A stretch of 64,000 bases of DNA from Rhizodiscina lignyota. Its lineage: Eukaryota. The notes beneath the pieces are model-generated. The model did not search any database and was not told where the DNA came from. It saw only the letters and a list, made by a program, of their open reading frames with translations. The stretch covers positions 2,294,001 through 2,358,000 of the forward strand of contig ML978125.1 in NCBI GenBank assembly GCA_010015805.1, in the 5' to 3' direction. The position numbers were made by a program, and so were the translations under genes. Within the stretch, counting starts at the first letter, position 1. Each line of letters begins with the position of its first letter. This document shows, piece by piece, positions 35,769-49,205 of the stretch.

Positions 35769-38700
35769 ATGAACCCTCTACATCGGGACCTGATGTATCC
35801 TGAACCTCGAAGGGCGCCGGAGAGCCCTTCAGACCCCCAGTCTCAGCCCTCGAGACCTTTGGGAGCTTTCGGGTATGTCTGTCCAGCGTTAGACCTCTGC
35901 AGCGGTTTAATGGCTCCTTGCGACGATTCCCTTGACTGATCACTTCACTTTACTCACAGAAACCCTTCCACACCACAACAGCAGTCTTCAGCACAGACTA
36001 GTCCACCAGTGCTACCACCGCCAGGTTTGTACCCGTATTTTGCCGCATGAGCTGGGCCCGTTTGCTGACAGCTCTGAATTTGCAGGATCCTTCCTCCAAG
36101 GACAAACATCAAGCTCAAGCCTTCCTCACATTGCGGGCCTGACTCAAGCTTCTCAGGCCTCCCCCCAACAAGCTTCCCAAGCTCTTCCAAGCATGCAAAC
36201 TACGCCGTCTGAGGTAGTGTCGAACTATGCGCCACAAGCCGCTCTGAGCCATGGCTTATCATCGCTCCAGAGCACCTCACAGCGCCATCCTCTCCAAGGC
36301 GACGAATCGGACCGTAACCAAACATTGATTGACCAGAAGGATAATGAACCGCAGCAGTCGGGAGACATTCACACACGAGACACAGACCAGCAGGAGAGGG
36401 AGATATCAGAGCGTCAGCACCTGGAATCGTCGCATGCACAAGCGCAACCACAACCTCATGAGAACCATGCTGGCTCTGTGCCGCTTCATCAGCCTGTTGC
36501 TGTTGCGCCTGTTCGCTCGATCCATGGTCCGAACGGTATTCTGGGAGGTGCATCTGCACCGGTCAACGGCCCGATGTCGCTGAACGCACAACTTGGAGCT
36601 CCTACTGGACCGGCAAATGTCTTCGGTGGTGGCCCATCTGCTCAGAACGAGCCACCGCCTCGTGCACAGCCAGCACAAGCGACTCCTCAAACTCTTCCTG
36701 CCGCATCCTTCGCGTCGTCGACGGCTGCTACCGTGCAGCAGTCTCAGGCCGCCATGGTTGGTCAGGGACAGCAACCGATTTTAAACGTATGGATCCCTAA
36801 TCACGAAGCAAAGCATATTCATGCCGTGAGCATTGAACGCTGACCATACTAGGATGCATTGAGCTACCTCGACCAAGTTAAGGTCCAATTTGCTGAACGA
36901 CCTGATGTGTACAACAAGTTTCTTGACATCATGAAAGACTTTAAGAGTGGCGCGTAAGTGTAGTGTTGTCTCTGCGTTCATGGACATACTAACTTTACTA
37001 GCATTGACACACCAGGAGTCATTGATCGAGTCTCGAACCTGTTTGCAGGAAATCCGAACCTAATCCAAGGTTTCAACACCTTCCTTCCTCCCGGCTACAA
37101 GATTGAGTGTGGAACGACAGACAATCCAAATGCCATTCGTGTGACTACTCCTATGGGCACTATAACCTCACAACTGCCCACTCGCCCGCAATCAAATCCT
37201 CGTCAAGTTGCGTTGGGCGCAAACGGTATGGCATCTGATGACAGGGCATATTATGAGGGCGGGTCGAGGAACACAAGCGGCGCTTGGCAATCCCAGGCAG
37301 CTCAAGGCGCGCAAGATTCGGCGTATGGAGCAGACAGGCGTGGTGCTTCCGGAGCCGGCTATGCTGGTAGTATTGCACAAAACACTTCCGCTCCATTGTC
37401 TCCGGAAGTTCAGCGTGCACAACAAATCGCTAATCAGGACGCGGCTATGATTCATCAGCAAGAGCAGCGAGGTGTTTCACAGCTGCAGAATGCTGCTTCA
37501 GTAGCAGGGTCGGGACAAGGTGTGTCTTCTATACCAGGTGTTTCTTTAACATCATTCTCCGAACAAGCAGTTAATGGCTTGGGAGGCATCCTACCGCAAG
37601 GAATGCAGGCTGGCGCGCTTGAAAAGCGAGGTCCTGTCGAATTCAATCACGCGATCAGTTATGTCAATAAGATCAAGGTGAGTTGTTGTGTGTTCTGTGA
37701 AGATATGACACGCTAACGTGGCTGCCATATTTTAGAACCGCTTCTCGGCACAACCTGACATCTATAAACAATTCCTGGAAATCTTGCAAACTTACCAGCG
37801 CGAGTCAAAACCGATCCAAGAAGTCTATGGTCAAGTCACACAGCTCTTTTCTTCGGCTCCAGATCTTTTGGAAGACTTCAAGCAATTCCTTCCTGAATCC
37901 GCAGCACACGCTAAGGCTATGGCTGCCAGTCGAGGTGAAGAAGCAATGCTGAGCAATATGCGCAATGATCCTGCATACGTTGCGGCCATGCCTCAACAGC
38001 TTCACACTCCTCGACAGGATCAGACGAGGATGCCACCGCTGGGGAATTTTGCGCCTACGCCAAACACTGGTAGAGAGACAAAGCGCAAGCGACAAGATAG
38101 GCAGGCACCAGGCCCCAGCTCGGCGGCAACAGCAATGCCTGTTGGGCCGGATGCTAGTGCGCAGGCCATGAGAGCTGGATACCCCGGAGGACATGTTGCA
38201 AAGGTCAGTAAAATTCTCAGTTCGTATCGAAATTAATGGTTCTATGGGCGTTTGAATTCATCCGAGCCTGAAACAACGATGAGAGTCTTGGCAAAGCTGC
38301 CTGGATGACGTCTCTCTCATTGTGAATGTCACGCCTCTATTATCTATTGTTTCTGGTTTTTCTTTCTTTCTGGAAGCATGTTACTGACATGTATTCCAAA
38401 CAGCGTCAGAAGCAGCCCCATGGCGTGAAGCCAGTCACCGCAACAGATCTTCCTCCTGTCTCTCCAACTTTGGTCCCTCCACAGCCCTCGCCGCTGCCAC
38501 CGAGTACCTCGAAAATGCCTACTCCGGACGAGCTTCAATTCTTCGAACGCGCCAAGAAGTTCATTTCGAATAAGAGCGGAACAAATGAGTTCTTGAAACT
38601 CTGTCAACTTTTCTCTGAGCAGCTCATCGACAAGTCCTCGCTTATGCGACGTGCGCACAACTACTTTGGTTCCAACCCAGAGTTGATGCAGTTTTTCAAG

Positions 38701-41144
38701 AAATTCATGGAGTACAAAGACGAGGATGAAGAGATTGAGAATAAGCCTCGTGCACGTGGTTCGCCTGGTCGTGTGGCTCTCATGAGCTGCCGATCCTATG
38801 GGCCGAGCTACCGACTACTCCCAAAGCGCGAGACTCAAGCTGTTTGCAGCGGTCGAGATGAGCTCTGTCGCTCTGTGCTCAATGACGAATGGGCTTCTCA
38901 TCCCACTTGGGCATCAGAAGACTCCGGATTTGTGGCACATCGCAAGAACATCCACGAGGAAGGTCTCCACCGCATCGAAGAGGAGCGTCATGACTACGAC
39001 TTTAACATCGAGGCGTGCAGCCGAACTGTACAGCTGCTTGAACCGATCGCTCAGCAGATGCTGATCGCTAGCCCAGAAGATCGGGCGGGTATGCAGCTTC
39101 CACCCGGCCTTGGCGGACAGAGCGAGACCATCTACAAGCGAGTCATCATGAAGATTTATGGCCGTGACCGTGGAAAGATTGTCATTGAGGAGATGTTCCG
39201 CCAGCCCTACAATGTCATCCCGACCGTCCTTAACCGCATCAAGCAGCGCCTCGAGGAGTGGAAGGGCGCCCAGCGAGAATGGGAGAAGGTCTGGCGCGAA
39301 CAAACGCAGAAGATATTCTGGCGCAGTCTTGACCACCAAAGCATCGGTGCGAAAATGGCAGACAAGCGACAGTTCCAAACCAAAACTCTCCAGAATGAGA
39401 TTCAAGTCAAGTTCCAAGAGCAGAAAGATAGGCGCGACCGTGGTGTCGGTACGAGGAAGTTCCAGTTCTCATGGGATATTGAGGATGTCGACGTCCTTTT
39501 CGATGCTGCGAGGCTCGTTCTCGTGTTCGCGCAGATGTCCCACCAGGGAGAGACAACCACCCTTGAGGAGTTCTTGAAAGACTTTGTCAGCACCTTTTTC
39601 GGCATCGATAGAGCCAAGATTGAGCAGTCGCTCGAGATGGCATGGCATGTCCCCTCCTCGTCCGACGAGATGGATATAGCAACGCCGGGTACGAATGAAT
39701 TCGCCTCACGTACGAGGATAAACGGACGCGGTGCGAACCTCCATCGCGCAGTCCTTGAGCGTGGTCGTGCTGGCAGAACTCTACAGCCAGACCTAGATGT
39801 CAGCGTTGCCTCCGGAAGCCGAGCGACTACACCTGGAGTTGCTTCTGCAGCGGAGGATGATGGAGCCGCCCCGATGGAAGGTGTTGAAGATATGCAGCCG
39901 ACTGAGCCTCATATGGAAAAGTGGATGGAATATCCCGCGGACGGCAACTTCGCCAATGGCCAACAGATCGCTATCAACGAGCCCTTCACGCGCACGCATT
40001 ACCACATGTTCTGCAACTTGCCGATTTACTGCTTTGTCCGCATGTTCCTCATTCTCTACGAGCGCCTCTACAACCTCAAGAAGGTCGAGGCGGATGTTCA
40101 CGACTTGATCAGGAAGGCCATGGCGCCGAAACCAGCGCGTGACCTCGGTATGATCGACAAGTACCCAAGCGACTTCTTCACCGACGTAAGCGAGAATGCG
40201 AACTTTTACCAGCAGATGATCGGCTTGTTCGAGGAGAACCTTCGCGGCGATATAGAGGTAGGCCATATTGAGGAGACGCTGCGTCGATACTATCTTGAGA
40301 ATGGTTGGCAGCTCTACTCGTTCGATAAGCTGCTTGCCTCTCTTGCACGCTTTGCCTTGGCAGTCCGTGCGGGCGACTCGAAAGACAAGACATGGGACAT
40401 TTGGCTGGCGTTTAAGAAGGATCGAGCCAAGTCTGAGACGACGCATGAAGAGGAGCTCGCAGTCCGCAGGACTGTGCAGAAGTACATCAAGGAAGGAGAT
40501 ATGTATAGGATCACTCTTGCCAATCCGGTAAGCACCAAGCTCCCTCTTTCTCCTCCTCACAACATTTCTTCCTCATCACAACATTCTTTTCTCCTCACAA
40601 CAATACTGATATGCACCTTCAGCAAATTCCATCTGAGACCACCCGTGTCTATATTCGTCTCTTTCCCACCGACGAGACGACCTTTGATCTCACCGAGTAC
40701 ACCGAAGAGCGCAACTGGCGCTTCTACGTGTCTGCCTGGCTCCACGTCGAACCCACCGAGGGTATACGCGACGACAAGGTGCAGGTGCCGTTCCTGAGGC
40801 GCCAGCATCTCGGCGAAGCGCTCGCAGCCAGCGACGAAATGATCGTCAGCAACGAGTCTCTCAAGGTGCGCGTCCCGCTGGAAAACTACAAGCCGAACTT
40901 CGAACCGGACTGCTGGGAGTACATTATCAACCCGCGGGCCCTGACACAGACCAAGGAGACTGAGGAGGAGATGGAGCAGAGGAATGAGCAGGCGGCGGAG
41001 ATTGCCGAGGAGAAGATCGTCTTGAACAGCCCATGGACGAAGGACATGGCCAAGGGCGCGGTGGATGCGAAGAACCAGGAATTCAGGCACGCTCTGGACG
41101 AGGCTCTGGACATGGACGGGGGCGCCGAAGAAGTGGAGGCGTGA
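35769..41144 (+). CDS. SIN3: Sin3 transcriptional co-repressor (PAH1-3, HID, Sin3 C-terminal), multi-exon
   Basis: [19 protein letters not shown] (PAH1), [16 protein letters not shown] (PAH2), [48 protein letters not shown]...RSLDHQ. Confidence 0.97.
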
Positions 41145-41672
41145 GTGGATTCTGACAAGTATGACGAATTGAAACGATCGGGTGCATTTGATTTCTTTTA
41201 TTCAAGGCATGGGAGTTTGCGATATTACAGCCTGCCGCTGGGTGGTCTCACGAACCCTAAGCGCTGACGGGTTGAAGACATTTGGGAGGTTGGGACGTCT
41301 TCATTCCGCCGCTCTCAGCGATGTATCATCGGACTTCGGTCGATTCGTGTTGTTTTGCGGTGAACAATGATCGGACTTTTCACTCTAGCACAATCAAAAC
41401 GATCTTAGAACATTCTGAGTGTGCTCAAAATTGAAAACTATTGCTTGATTTCTCGAAAGCCTAGCTTTATTAGTCCTATGCCATTGGGACGAGTTGACTC
41501 ATGGTGGAAGAAGTATGAATCTATCGTGACTACTGCCCACCGTCCACCAAAGCCTTTCCCCTCACAAGCATCGAGAGAAAGATGGCGGTAGATATTCAAC
41601 GAGTAGATAGAAGCATTTCCATTGCAGATACATCCTGGGTATATAGTACAAGGTCACCAAACTCCAAACAGA

Positions 41673-42444
41673 CTACCCTCTGAACATCCGGTTGAATAGA
41701 CTGCCTGCAATATTCTGTGCGAATCCACCCGTGTTCAAAGCACTAGATGCAAAGCTAGTCGCCTGGCTGAATTTGTCGCATCTCGAGAAAGCGAGTGTAT
41801 TCGTGATGGTAAGCACCAGCGCAATGACTGTTTTATATCAGCTTCTGCTCGCATCTCCACTGTGATGGATATAACTCACCAACTAATATCAAGCTCACAA
41901 ACTCCAGCTTAACGCACGCTACAACCGCCAGCGCCACCCACAGCGCCGGCTGCGCGTACATGGCGAGCCAGAAGAACCGCTTGTCCGTCGCGTTGATCGT
42001 TCGGGTCTCAGGGTCGGCGGATTCGAATACCCAGCGCGAGTCGCCGCCGGCGTTATTGTCAACTTCATTCCACCATCGGAGACCAACGAGGCGCCGTCCG
42101 GCTATGTTCTTGGTGTAGTAGAAGTCGGCTGCGAGGAGGAGGACAACGACTATGAAGACGAAGACGCTGTGTATGGCGAGTCAGCACCGTTGATTTAGTG
42201 GCATTATGACCGGAAGAAATAGAATGACAGAGGATTCGAGGACGAAAACAAATATACTGACAAACTTGTGAAGACGAGGAGGCCGAGAAGATAGAATACC
42301 AGGCTTGCTGTCAAGAACTAGTCAGCTCCTAGGGCGCAAACTTGGGAGAACGAGCGTACCAATCCTGAAAGAAAGGAAGGTGATAAGCGTAATAGGATGT
42401 GCGCTTAAGCGCCAGTTCAGTTCACCAGTTCGAGCCTCTTCCAT
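41673..42444 (-). CDS. TVP23: Golgi membrane protein Tvp23 (DUF846), 4 exons
   Basis: [70 protein letters not shown]. Confidence 0.93.
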
Positions 42445-42674
42445 GTCGGAGAAATTGCAAGTCGAAGCTACGCATGTGCAGTGAGGCTCAATTGAAGGCC
42501 GCAGCTTAAAGTGAAAGTTGTATGGATCGGACGAAGCCAACGTTTTACCGACGATGCCCCGACGGCCCGCATCCTGACGACTTCGATTTCGTACACCACT
42601 TAAAGGGCAAGCATCTCCACTCTGCATCAAAAGTCGACCTGAATCGAGGCGGCGGAAGCTTCACCGCGCCGACA

Positions 42675-44176
42675 ATGCCCGTCTCAGCAGCACGATTCGC
42701 GAGCCACGCCGCGAAGCGGCTCTGTACGAGCTCGAGGATACCTCCCCTACGACACCACGCACGTTGTTTCGCCGCAGCCACACGCCGCTACGCCGAACCC
42801 TACCAAGGCACTCGACTGATACCCGTCGACGCGAACTTCGAGCAGACAGTCGAGGGAAGCACAGGTGTTGAGCCCGAGCCGACAGAAGACCCGAACAAGA
42901 GGAAGATCCGACACTACACTGTCAACTTTGGCCCTCAGCATCCCGCTGCGCACGGTGTGCTGCGACTGATTCTCGAAATCAATGGCGAGCAGATTGTGCG
43001 CGCGGATCCGCATGTCGGACTGCTGCACCGTGGCACGGAGAAGTTGATTGAATACCGGACATATCTTCAGGCTCTGCCGTACTTTGATCGTTTGGACTAC
43101 GTCTCCATGATGACGAACGAGCAGTGCTATTCGTTGGCCGTGGAGAAACTTCTGAACATTGAGATTCCAGATCGCGCAAAGTGGATCCGGACATTGTTTG
43201 GAGAGATTACGAGGGTATTGAATCATCTGATGTCCGTTCTATCGCACGCTATGGACGTTGGTGCGCTCACGCCATTCTTGTGGGGCTTCGAGGAGCGAGA
43301 GAAATTGATGGTATGAAACGTTCTATCTGGAACACAGTCAATTGCTAATAGCCGACCAGGAGTTCTACGAACGTGTCTCGGGCGCTCGATTGCACGCCGC
43401 ATATGTCCGACCTGGGGGTGTCTCTCAAGATCTTCCTGTCGGACTTCTCGACGACATCTACCAATGGGCAACACAATTCGGCGACCGCATTGACGAGACG
43501 GAAGAGCTTCTGACGGACAACCGCATCTGGAAGGCGCGGACAGAGAATATCGGCGTCGTATCCGCAGCCGATGCGATCAACTACAGTTTCTCTGGCGTCA
43601 TGCTGCGCGGTTCTGGCATCCCATGGGACATTCGCAAGTCGCAACCATATGACGCTTACGACCAAGTAGAATTCGACGTGCCAGTCGGCGTGAACGGAGA
43701 CTGCTATGACCGCTACCTATGCCGGATGGAGGAGTTCCGCCAGTCATTGCGAATCATCCACCAATGCTTGAACAAGATGCCAGCCGGTCCTGTCAAGGTC
43801 GAAGACTACAAGATTGCACCGCCTCCACGTGCGGCGATGAAGGAAAACATGGAAGCGCTCATTCACCATTTTTTGCTATTTAGCAAGGGATACACGGTCC
43901 CACCTGGCGAAACATACAGCGCGATCGAGGCGCCCAAGGGGGAGATGGGTGTCTTTTTGGTCAGTGATGGCAGCGAGCGACCTTACAGGTGCAAGATTCG
44001 TGCGCCCGGTTTCGCGCACTTGAGCTGCATGGATCAGATTTCGAGAGGGCACTTGCTTGCGGATGCTGTGGCCATTATTGGAACTATGGACCTTGTGTTT
44101 GGAGGTACGCCCACTTCTCTTACCCATTTGATTTTAAAGAATGACAGCTAATATCTGTGCAGAGGTCGATAGGTAA
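42675..44176 (+). CDS. NDUFS2: NADH:ubiquinone oxidoreductase 49-kDa subunit (nuo-49/NDUFS2), 3 exons
   Basis: Mitochondrial presequence, [63 protein letters not shown]. It is divergent from TVP23 across ~230 bp. Confidence 0.98.
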
Positions 44177-45404
44177 CTGCCTAAGGCGGCTCCGCCTGGG
44201 TACAAGTCTTCCTTGCGGAACTCCACTTCCTGCGTCCGTGTTCCTTTTGTAAATATAGGGATAGCAGCAGAAGAGGCATATAGGCGCAAGCACGATGTTT
44301 CATTTGCCCGTTCTAGTCTCAGCTGAACCTTCTCCATACTCCATGCTGACAGTGAATCGCGCGTGCCGAGCTTCCGCGATACCGAGCTCGTATAGTTAAA
44401 ACTTAAGTACTAAGTATACACAGTCAAGCACTCAAGCACATAATTTTGCAGCCAGCTGCAAATACCAATCCCATCGAGACGCAGAGATCAGCCATCACGA
44501 CATTAGAATATTGAAACTTAGACGTGGAAACACTGTTCCTGGCCCAGTAGCAACGCCTCCTTCATGAAATACAACGTCGTCTCTCGGACCACTTCAACTA
44601 TGTAGCCCAGTGCTCTTACCATTCGAAGAAACCTATGTAAATTGCGTTGATGCACTTCTGCTGACTTTCTTCTCATTACAATCTCAATGCATAAACCTGT
44701 GTGCATATTTAACAACACTCGAACGTGGCTATCCCCGAATCAAGTCAATACCTGCGCACCGTTCTCCCGGGACGTGAAGATAGGTTTGTCCCTAAACATT
44801 TCGAAGCCTCTGCGCTGATGGTGCCTTGCCTGAACAGCATTCTTTCAGGCAGGAAACAAGCTTGCGTCTAGTGTTACGCTGGTTGAATACAATCACCTCT
44901 CAATTGAACCGAGGCTCGCACGTCATTCAAGGGAAAAGTGAATACGGCTACTTGTCTGATTGATTGATGCTGGCGCGACTCTCTTGCCAGAGCTGAATGA
45001 GCTTCTGTCAATGCGGGCTTAACCATCACTGACAAACTGCCAGAATACGAGCTCTACCATATCGATGCTACGCTCGCGGATAGGTGGCACAATCCTTGAT
45101 TGCAGTATTTCGCCTGAATTATTTGGTTTCCGTACCGAGGGTGTAACACATAGGCTCACTCCACTGACATGTAAACCGTATTTCCGAACACAGTGCAACC
45201 TTCGCAGAAGATTACTGTGCACGCGTCAAAACGTGCAGAGACGAGGATCTTGCAATTCTCATAGCGAATCGAGATTGACATTACGTTTGTACAATGACTA
45301 CCGTACAAAACACAACGCCCGCGCTGGCAAGACTGAGGCATACTCTCATGATAATAATACCCAACCACAGAACGCCTCCATTATGCAAATCATAACAAGT
45401 CATC

Positions 45405-48400
45405 TCACCGAGCGCCAAGCGCACTCTTCCGCAGACCCTGCCTCCTCATGCCTTCTAACTTGCGCATCAAGCTCTCGTGCAGCTTGCGATTTGCCGCCCA
45501 CTCTTGCTGCCTCCGTTTTATGCGAAGGCACGCAATGACGGTTAGGCCGACGGTTTTAAGTCGTGGTCGACGATCGTGGAACGACGAATCTGGCGTTATG
45601 CCCATTTCCTGTATGAGCCTAAGATGCTCTTTGTTGCTATCAAGTCATCAGCAAATATTGCTTTGTTAATACGAATGGCGATTGAGCTTACCAAGCGCCA
45701 AACATCCCAATCTGCATCATAAGCCATCTCTTCTCGTAGCACAGGGCCTCTCTGAAGCCTTCATCCCTCGCACCCTTCGCACGGAGCCATTGGATTTGTC
45801 GCGCAAGGCCCTTGAGCTCTCCTGCATGCTTCCTGTCGCCGTTGATGATTTCGTCGCGGAGGTGAATCAACTCAGTGTCCTTCGTTTGCAGGTCTGCAAG
45901 TTGGAATTGCAATGTCTGTGTCTCTTGTGCCTGCTTTCTGGTAGTAGCTCTGCTGGTCTCCTGGGCTTGTTGCATGGCACGGAGCTTGCGGTCTTTCTCC
46001 TTGAGGAGCGATGCTGTTTCCGCATTCATGGCTTCGATATGAGCCTCTTTTTCTGAAAGCCGGGCGTGTGATGTCTCGAGTTCACGCGTGGTAGTCTTCA
46101 ACAGTGCTTGCAGCCCCTTGAGCTCTTTCGCCTGTCGTTCGAGTCTGCCTGGGGACTGCTTGCCAGCCGCTTGCTGCAAGTCTTGAACCTGCTGCGTCAA
46201 CGACTTGATATTAGATTGCAATGACATTCGTTCTTTGTCCGCAATGTCTAGGTCTCTCTCCAAGCCCTTGAGCTCATCCTTCAAGCTCGCTTTTTCTCTT
46301 TGAATTGTCCGAAAGTCTTTCTCAAGAGGCTCGATCTTGTTGTGCAGGTCGTACGAGCCCTTGATCTCTTTCTCCAACTTCTCAACCTTGGCTTGCAAGT
46401 TATTCCTGGCTCGTTCCGCATCATCGAGACCGCTCTCAAGGACCTGGATTTCATCTTCTAGCATCTGCTTCTCAGCTGCCATCTCGTCTTTGGCCCTTTC
46501 GAGAGCGACAAGCCGTTCATCAGCAAGCTTCTGCGCCTCTTCAAGCTTTCCGTGCGTGGCATTGGCGGTTTCGCGTAGAGCCTCTAAGTGGTGGTCGCGT
46601 TCTCGGACAATGTTTTGCACTGCCTCGAGCTGTGAATCCGGCTCGTTCTCAGTCTGGCGCAGGACCTCAAGCTCCGCAGAACGCTCCCTCAGCGTCGTCT
46701 TGAGTGTCTCAAGTTGTCTTTCCTGATCTGATATTGTTGACCTCGCTGTTTTTAACTCCTCAAGAGCTAACTTTTGTGCATCGGAGGCTTTTTGCAGAGC
46801 TGAAATCTCACGCTCTCGTTCGCTTAGGCTCTCCCGAAGGTGCTCCAGCTCTCGGAGAGCAATATCACGTTCTCCAAGCGTGTCTCGTAGTGAATTTGCT
46901 TCTCTATCCACTGACACCAACTGATCCTTCAACCTTTGCAATTCATCTTGTTGAGATTCAGTGGTGAGGCGAAGACGTGCCGCTTCCTCGGATGATCTCT
47001 GCGCCTGCTTCCTTGAGTCGTCTACTTGGCTTTGGACGTCATTGACTAGGGAAAGTCGAGCTTGAAGGTCACTGATCTCGGCGTCTTTCTCTCTTGTAGT
47101 TCGTCTGAGCTGTTCCCGTGCATCATGGGCGTCTTGTTGTGCGAGCTGAGCCTGATTATCGCTGTTTGACTCAGCCAAACGTAGTCGTGCCTCAAGAGAT
47201 TCGATCTCAGCATCCCTCTCTTGTTGCAGGGACTGGAGTTGCTGGCGCAGTCTGCTTAATTCTGCATCGCGCTCTGAATCATCTGATGTCGCCCGAGTTT
47301 CGGCATCCTGTCTTGCTCGCTCTGAGGCATCAAGTCTTTCCTGGAGTACATTGATAGCCTCGTTGTTCTCCTGGACTGCGGCATCCAGACGGTCCTCAAG
47401 CGCATCGAGCTCGGCATCTTTTTCTTCTGTTATTCTTCTCAGTTCGTCGCGTAAATCTTCAAGCTTATCCGCTTGCTCTTGTATTATCCTGTCTCTCTCT
47501 GCCAGCTCCTCGGCCTCAGCATCGCCGGAATCTTTGTTTGCCTGCAAATCTTGTATTTCTTCCTCTTTCTGCTCAAGCAAATCATCTTTGTCTCGAAGCT
47601 CCATCTCCGCATCCTCTAACTCGCCTCTCAACCTCTTAACTTCTTCCTCAGCATCTGCGGCTTGATCGAGCTTCTCTTGCAACGCCCGCAATTGAGCCTC
47701 GCGCTCTTCCGCCCCACGTCGCAACTCTTCCATCTCTTCCTGCATCGTCTCGCTAACATGCCTGCGTTTGACCTTATCCGCATAGTCCAGCAACTGTTGC
47801 CTGTACTGCTCCACCTCTTGATCAGCGCTTTTGAGGCTCTTCTGACACTTCTTGAGCTCTCTCTCGAGCAGCATCTTGTTCGATTTGAGCTCGCTGTTCT
47901 CGCGTATGGCGATTTGGCTGGCTTCTGGTCCGGTCTTCTGGAGATTCTCCTCGAGGAAATGGATTTTGAGCTTCAGGCCGAAATTTTCCTTGTCGATTTG
48001 TTCTAGCCTCTGCAAATAAGTTAGACAGATGACATGTAAAGTCCACCTATATTACTCACCAACTCCTGTTCCTTCAATGTGAGAACGTTCCCACTCTCAA
48101 GGACACCGCCCTCGCCAAGCTTCGGCAACGCCAGCGGCGTAGATAAATCAACGCTGCTGCTCGCGACTGGTGCAATCGGGGTCCCTTCACCGTCTACCAC
48201 AGAACTGCTAGAAAGTTCGCTCGGCTCAGGTAGTGGCGTTCCGTCAAGCTTGAACCCAGGCTTGAGCGCCGCAGGTGTCCGTAATCCATTCTCCTTAGCG
48301 TCATTGTTGTCTACAGCCTGTTTCCAACGATTGTGCGTCGCGCTCTTAAGAAGAGGGGTGAATTCGGTCTTGCCAGATGGGTTCTTTCGCTCGCCGAGCG

Positions 48401-48599
48401 GATGTCGCACGCGTGGTGTCGCTAATATTTGCGCCGTTCCGGCGCCATTGAGCGCTCTCATATGCCGGAGAAGATCATCTTGGCCTTTTATCGGGGACAT
48501 GAAAGATGGTATCTGTGAGAGTGAGACATTGAAGTTTGTCTTCTCGACTTGAGAGTAGTCTGCCTCGGTCTGCGGCGATGAGAGAAAAGGTGCCGGCAT
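45405..48599 (-). CDS. PCP1: Spindle pole body protein, Pcp1/Spc110/pericentrin-like (CM1 + coiled coil + PACT), 3 exons
   Basis: CM1 motif LTLKEQEL|RLEQIDKENFGLKLKIHFLEE, a long coiled coil, and a PACT-like region KHAGELKGL..QIQWLRAK..R.EGFR..L.YEK...|...LKTVGLTVIACLRIKR...W. Confidence 0.9.
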
Positions 48600-48714
48600 C
48601 GTGACGCGAAACAAATATACAATGTCAAGTCATGTACATGAGAAAGAATGTGTGAATTCTTTCGAGGTTGCAGAGGTCGCAATTTGTCGAAAGGTCCAAG
48701 GTGCAGTTGCTTGG

Positions 48715-48748
48715 TCGCGTATGAGGTTTGTTTACGGTTGATGTTTAC
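48715..48748 (-). promoter_or_regulatory. Candidate forkhead (GTAAACAAA, GTAAACAT) and MCB-like (ACGCGA) sites upstream of PCP1
   Basis: tcgcgt at 48715-48720, tttgtttac at 48727-48735 and atgtttac at 48741-48748, 120-150 bp upstream of the ATG. Confidence 0.5.
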
Positions 48749-49205
48749 GGTGGTCAAAGCTCCTGCATGCCAAGTCTCCGGGGCTCCACCCTGGAGGTGA
48801 CGAAATAGTTGACGTTGACGGATGCTGAAAAGTTTCTGAACGACCGAGTTTAGCTCTTCAGCTTACGCGAGAGCAGCCTTGAAAGCTTAAAGCTATATGA
48901 CTTGGCTAGGTTTTATCACATTTGTACATCTTTAATAAACTTAGTTTATCTTTACTTAAGTCGTTGAACACTTCAATATCTCGGTGTATTTTAGCTATGC
49001 ACCGACTTTTTTGTCATGATCGAGCCACTCAACCCTTGCAAAAGGATTCTGGCTATTTTAGGAAGTGGTGACGCCTGTTCTGTTTCTTCTTCGTGGTGTT
49101 CAATCGGGGCGAAATTCAACTTCTAGCAAAACGCATTGGCTGCATTACCGGGACGTTGTTTAGACATCCCCCTCAGCCTTGGCCACTTTATATAGCATCT
49201 CGGCC

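Noticed and set aside
39793..40560. 255-aa antisense ORF within SIN3, and similar antisense ORFs over other genes
   Set aside because: These are shadow ORFs arising from codon bias on the coding strand and carry no recognisable motifs.
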